Source: Candidatus Binatia bacterium (GTDB lineage: Bacteria; Desulfobacterota; Binatia; UBA9968; CAXXLF01). Taken from it: 64,000 nt of DNA. The translations under genes were made by a program, and so were the position numbers. The notes below the pieces were generated by a model that was not told the origin of the DNA, made no database searches, and saw nothing but the letters and a program-made list of their open reading frames with translations. This document shows, piece after piece, positions 61,524-64,000 of this stretch (position 1 is the first letter of the stretch; every line of letters begins with the position of its first letter). The DNA lies in assembly GCA_963664015.2 (NCBI GenBank), contig CAXXLF010000002.1, positions 2,016,001 through 2,080,000 on the forward strand, in the 5' to 3' direction.

Positions 61524-61700
61524 ACCCCGCGCCTGCTCCATGGGACCGGCGCGGGGTACGACACGGGACTCACCCTCATCGATTTAATTGAATGGAGCCC
61601 TCGCTTCTTGAGGCGGGCGCTAAGCCGATGGGGGTGCCAAAGGGGAGAAGCGGCAGCTCTTCCCTTTGGTCGAACACGGGGATTCAAACCCCGTGTTCGA
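61524..61700. other. Three intercistronic hairpins between urtA and urtB
   Basis: ACCCCGCGCC...GGCGCGGGGT; CCAAAGGG...CCCTTTGG; perfect TCGAACACGGGG-ATTCAAA-CCCCGTGTTCGA. Confidence 0.7.
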
Positions 61701-61729
61701 TATAACTTGATCATAGGATCTTACTTGCG

Positions 61730-63364
61730 GTGAAGCTTTCACAGCACCCACGTTTTTTCGCTCTTTCCCTTTGGTTAATGGGGACAGCTTTTCTCTCAGC
61801 CGGTGCCGTGTGGGCCGAGAGTTTTGCCGATGGTGCCGCCGCGCTGAAAGCAAAAGGCTTCAGGGCAAAGGCGGCAGCGATCACTGCGCTGGCTCAATTG
61901 GGTGATGCCAGGGCGATCCCTTTGTTCGAGGCCATGGGCGCAGGGCGTCTCTACTTGCGCAAGTCAGATCAGTCTCTGGTGGTCGTCGAGAAGGCAGGGT
62001 CGGGGTTTAAGCTTACCAACGCCGTCACGGGGCATGCCTTGGGAGTGGCGGGTCGCAGCGAGGTGAAGAAGATCCGGGTGAATAACCGAATTAGGCGAGC
62101 TATCAAGGCCGCGCTCAGTCGCCTAGAATTGTTGAGCCCGAGCCGAGACAGGCGTCTGGCAGCGGCCCAAGCGGCAATCGGCTATAGCTCCTCAGAGAGG
62201 ACGGTACTCTTGGGCAAGGCTCTGGAGCAGGAAAACGACGGGGAGGTCCGAGCCGCCTTGGAGTTTGCCCTCCGGGCCACCGAGGTGAAGACCGGAACGA
62301 CGTCGGAGCGCCTGATCGCCGTAGAAGCGCTGTCCCACTCGACGGATCCAAAGGTACGCGTGATTTTGGGTCAAGTGGCCGCCGATACCAAAGTGGACGG
62401 AAAGGTCCGGTCGGCCGCAGAGACGGCGATCAGGGGAATGGAGGGTAAGCTGTTCTTCCTGGAACTCGGACTCAGACTGTTCCAGGGCGTCAGCTTGGGA
62501 TCGGTCCTCCTGTTGGCCGCCATCGGCCTCGCCGTCACATTCGGTCTGATGGGGGTCATCAACATGGCCCACGGCGAGATGATTATGCTGGGGGCCTACG
62601 CGACCTTTGTGGTCCAAGAAGCCTTTCGAAATTTTCTCCCTGCATCGCTCCTGGACCTCTACCTGATCGCCGCTATCCCCGTCGCCTTCATGGTATCAGG
62701 CGGTGTCGGCATGGTGCTTGAACGTCTGGTCATCAGAAGGCTTTACAGCCGGCCGCTGGAGACCCTGCTGGCTACCTGGGGAATCAGCTTGATCCTGCAG
62801 CAGCTCGTCCGCTCCATATTCGGTGCGCCCAATAAGGAGGTGGCCAATCCTGCGTGGATGACCGGTGGATTCGAAATCGGAGGAGGAATGGTTTTTACCT
62901 ATAACCGCTTTTATATCATTTTTTTCTGTTTCCTCGTGCTCGGAGCCATTGCCTTCGTGATACGCAAGTCCGTTTTCGGATTGAACATGCGTGCCGTTAC
63001 ACAAAATCGGGAGATGGCTTCTACCATGGGGATCCCCACGGCATGGGTGGACACCCTGACCTTCGGTCTTGGATCGGGCATCGCGGGGATGGCCGGTGTC
63101 GCCCTGAGCCAGATCGGGAACGTCAGCCCAAACTTGGGCCAACTCTATATCGTGGATTCGTTTATGGTGGTTGTTTTCGGCGGTGTCGGTAATCTTACCG
63201 GTACGTTGCTAGGTGCCATGACGCTAGGGGTCATCAACAAATTCCTCGAACCCATATCGGGGGCGGTGCTCGGAAAGGTCGTCGTACTGGTCATGATCAT
63301 CCTTTTTATCCAGCGACGGCCCCAGGGTCTCTTCGCCCTGCGCGGCCGGGCGGCGGGAAGCTGA
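61730..63364 (+). CDS. urtB: Urea ABC transporter permease UrtB (with N-terminal periplasmic domain)
   Basis: LAVTFGLMGVINMAHGEMIMLGAY, RPLETLLATWG and IVDSFMVVVFGGVG. Confidence 0.95.
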   Translation: MKLSQHPRFFALSLWLMGTAFLSAGAVWAESFADGAAALKAKGFRAKAAAITALAQLGDARAIPLFEAMGAGRLYLRKSDQSLVVVEKAGSGFKLTNAVTGHALGVAGRSEVKKIRVNNRIRRAIKAALSRLELLSPSRDRRLAAAQAAIGYSSSERTVLLGKALEQENDGEVRAALEFALRATEVKTGTTSERLIAVEALSHSTDPKVRVILGQVAADTKVDGKVRSAAETAIRGMEGKLFFLELGLRLFQGVSLGSVLLLAAIGLAVTFGLMGVINMAHGEMIMLGAYATFVVQEAFRNFLPASLLDLYLIAAIPVAFMVSGGVGMVLERLVIRRLYSRPLETLLATWGISLILQQLVRSIFGAPNKEVANPAWMTGGFEIGGGMVFTYNRFYIIFFCFLVLGAIAFVIRKSVFGLNMRAVTQNREMASTMGIPTAWVDTLTFGLGSGIAGMAGVALSQIGNVSPNLGQLYIVDSFMVVVFGGVGNLTGTLLGAMTLGVINKFLEPISGAVLGKVVVLVMIILFIQRRPQGLFALRGRAAGS

Positions 63365-63371
63365 GGGCGAC

Positions 63372-64000
63372 ATGGATTACGCTGGCAACCGCACATCCCT
63401 CCTCTCTCCCCGGGGCTGGATCTATTTTGCCCTTGTCGGATTCCTGCTCCTGGTCCCGGTTCCCGTCCTCAATCTCGTGGCAGGGGCGGGCTCCCTACTC
63501 CATGTTCCAGATTATCTAATTCCGCTGTTCGGCAAGTACCTCTGTTATGCATTGCTCGCCCTAAGTCTGGACCTGGTGTGGGGATATGTCGGTATCCTCA
63601 GTCTCGGCCACGGCGCGTTTTTCGCGCTCGGGGGCTACGCCTTCGGTATGTACCTGATGCGCTCCATCGGCGACCGTGGGGTCTATGGCAATGCTCTGTT
63701 GCCCGATTTTATGGTTTTCTTGAACTGGAAGGAGCTGCCCTGGTATTGGTACGGCTTTGATCACTTTGTCCTGGCGGGCATCATGGCCTTGGCGGTGCCC
63801 GGAATTCTCGCGTTTGTCTTCGGGTGGTTTGCTTTCCGATCCAGAATCACCGGCGTCTACCTGTCTATTATTACCCAGGCCATGACCTTCGCGCTCATGC
63901 TTGCCTTTTTCCGCAACGAAATGGGGCTCGGCGGAAATAACGGTCTGACCGACTTCAAAGATCTCCTCGGTTTTGATCTACAGGCGCGGGAAACGCGTGT
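63372..64000 (+). CDS. urtC: Urea ABC transporter permease UrtC (partial, runs off the window)
   Basis: My translation from ATG 63372 gives GKYLCYALLALSLDLVWGYVGILSLGHGAFFALGGYAFGMYLMR. Confidence 0.93.
   Translation, partial: MDYAGNRTSLLSPRGWIYFALVGFLLLVPVPVLNLVAGAGSLLHVPDYLIPLFGKYLCYALLALSLDLVWGYVGILSLGHGAFFALGGYAFGMYLMRSIGDRGVYGNALLPDFMVFLNWKELPWYWYGFDHFVLAGIMALAVPGILAFVFGWFAFRSRITGVYLSIITQAMTFALMLAFFRNEMGLGGNNGLTDFKDLLGFDLQARETR

Noticed and set aside
2242-63142. Numerous 60-230 aa ORFs antisense to or overlapping identified genes
   Set aside because: Shadow ORFs expected in GC-rich coding DNA; no independent motifs.
1-64000. tRNA, rRNA, prophage, integrase, transposase or defence-system genes
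   Set aside because: None recognised in the ORFs or intergenic sequence.

Overview
Bacterial chromosomal window (GC-rich coding DNA; gene content looks deltaproteobacterial and may be Candidatus Binatia-like, which is inference only). The left ~19 kb is a housekeeping block, almost all on the minus strand: ppx, trmFO, topA, ogt, der, prfB with its +1 programmed frameshift, ybeY, phoH, alaS, recX, recA, thpR and a truncated cinA. The rest holds an M23 peptidase, acyl-CoA dehydrogenases and an enoyl-CoA hydratase, an RND efflux system, a BamD with a long repeat-bearing tail, a porin-like protein, a frameshifted MacAB, peptidoglycan-recycling genes (anmK, murU, amgK), TMTC-like TPR proteins, a two-subunit NAD synthetase, rsmI, modABC and the start of urtABC behind a sigma54/NtrC-type promoter. 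I recognised no rRNA, tRNA, CRISPR array, integrase or transposase. Two features stand out. (1) Intergenic DNA is filled with several families of short modular, palindromic or 7/9-mer-periodic repeats that insert into each other; these include a ~60-bp module in four copies and a twin-hairpin element whose loops are exact complements. (2) About ten accessory genes are decayed (dprA, SDR, TPR lipoprotein, cupin, macA, macB, TMTC paralogue, FAD oxidoreductase, ThDP decarboxylase subunits) while core genes are intact.
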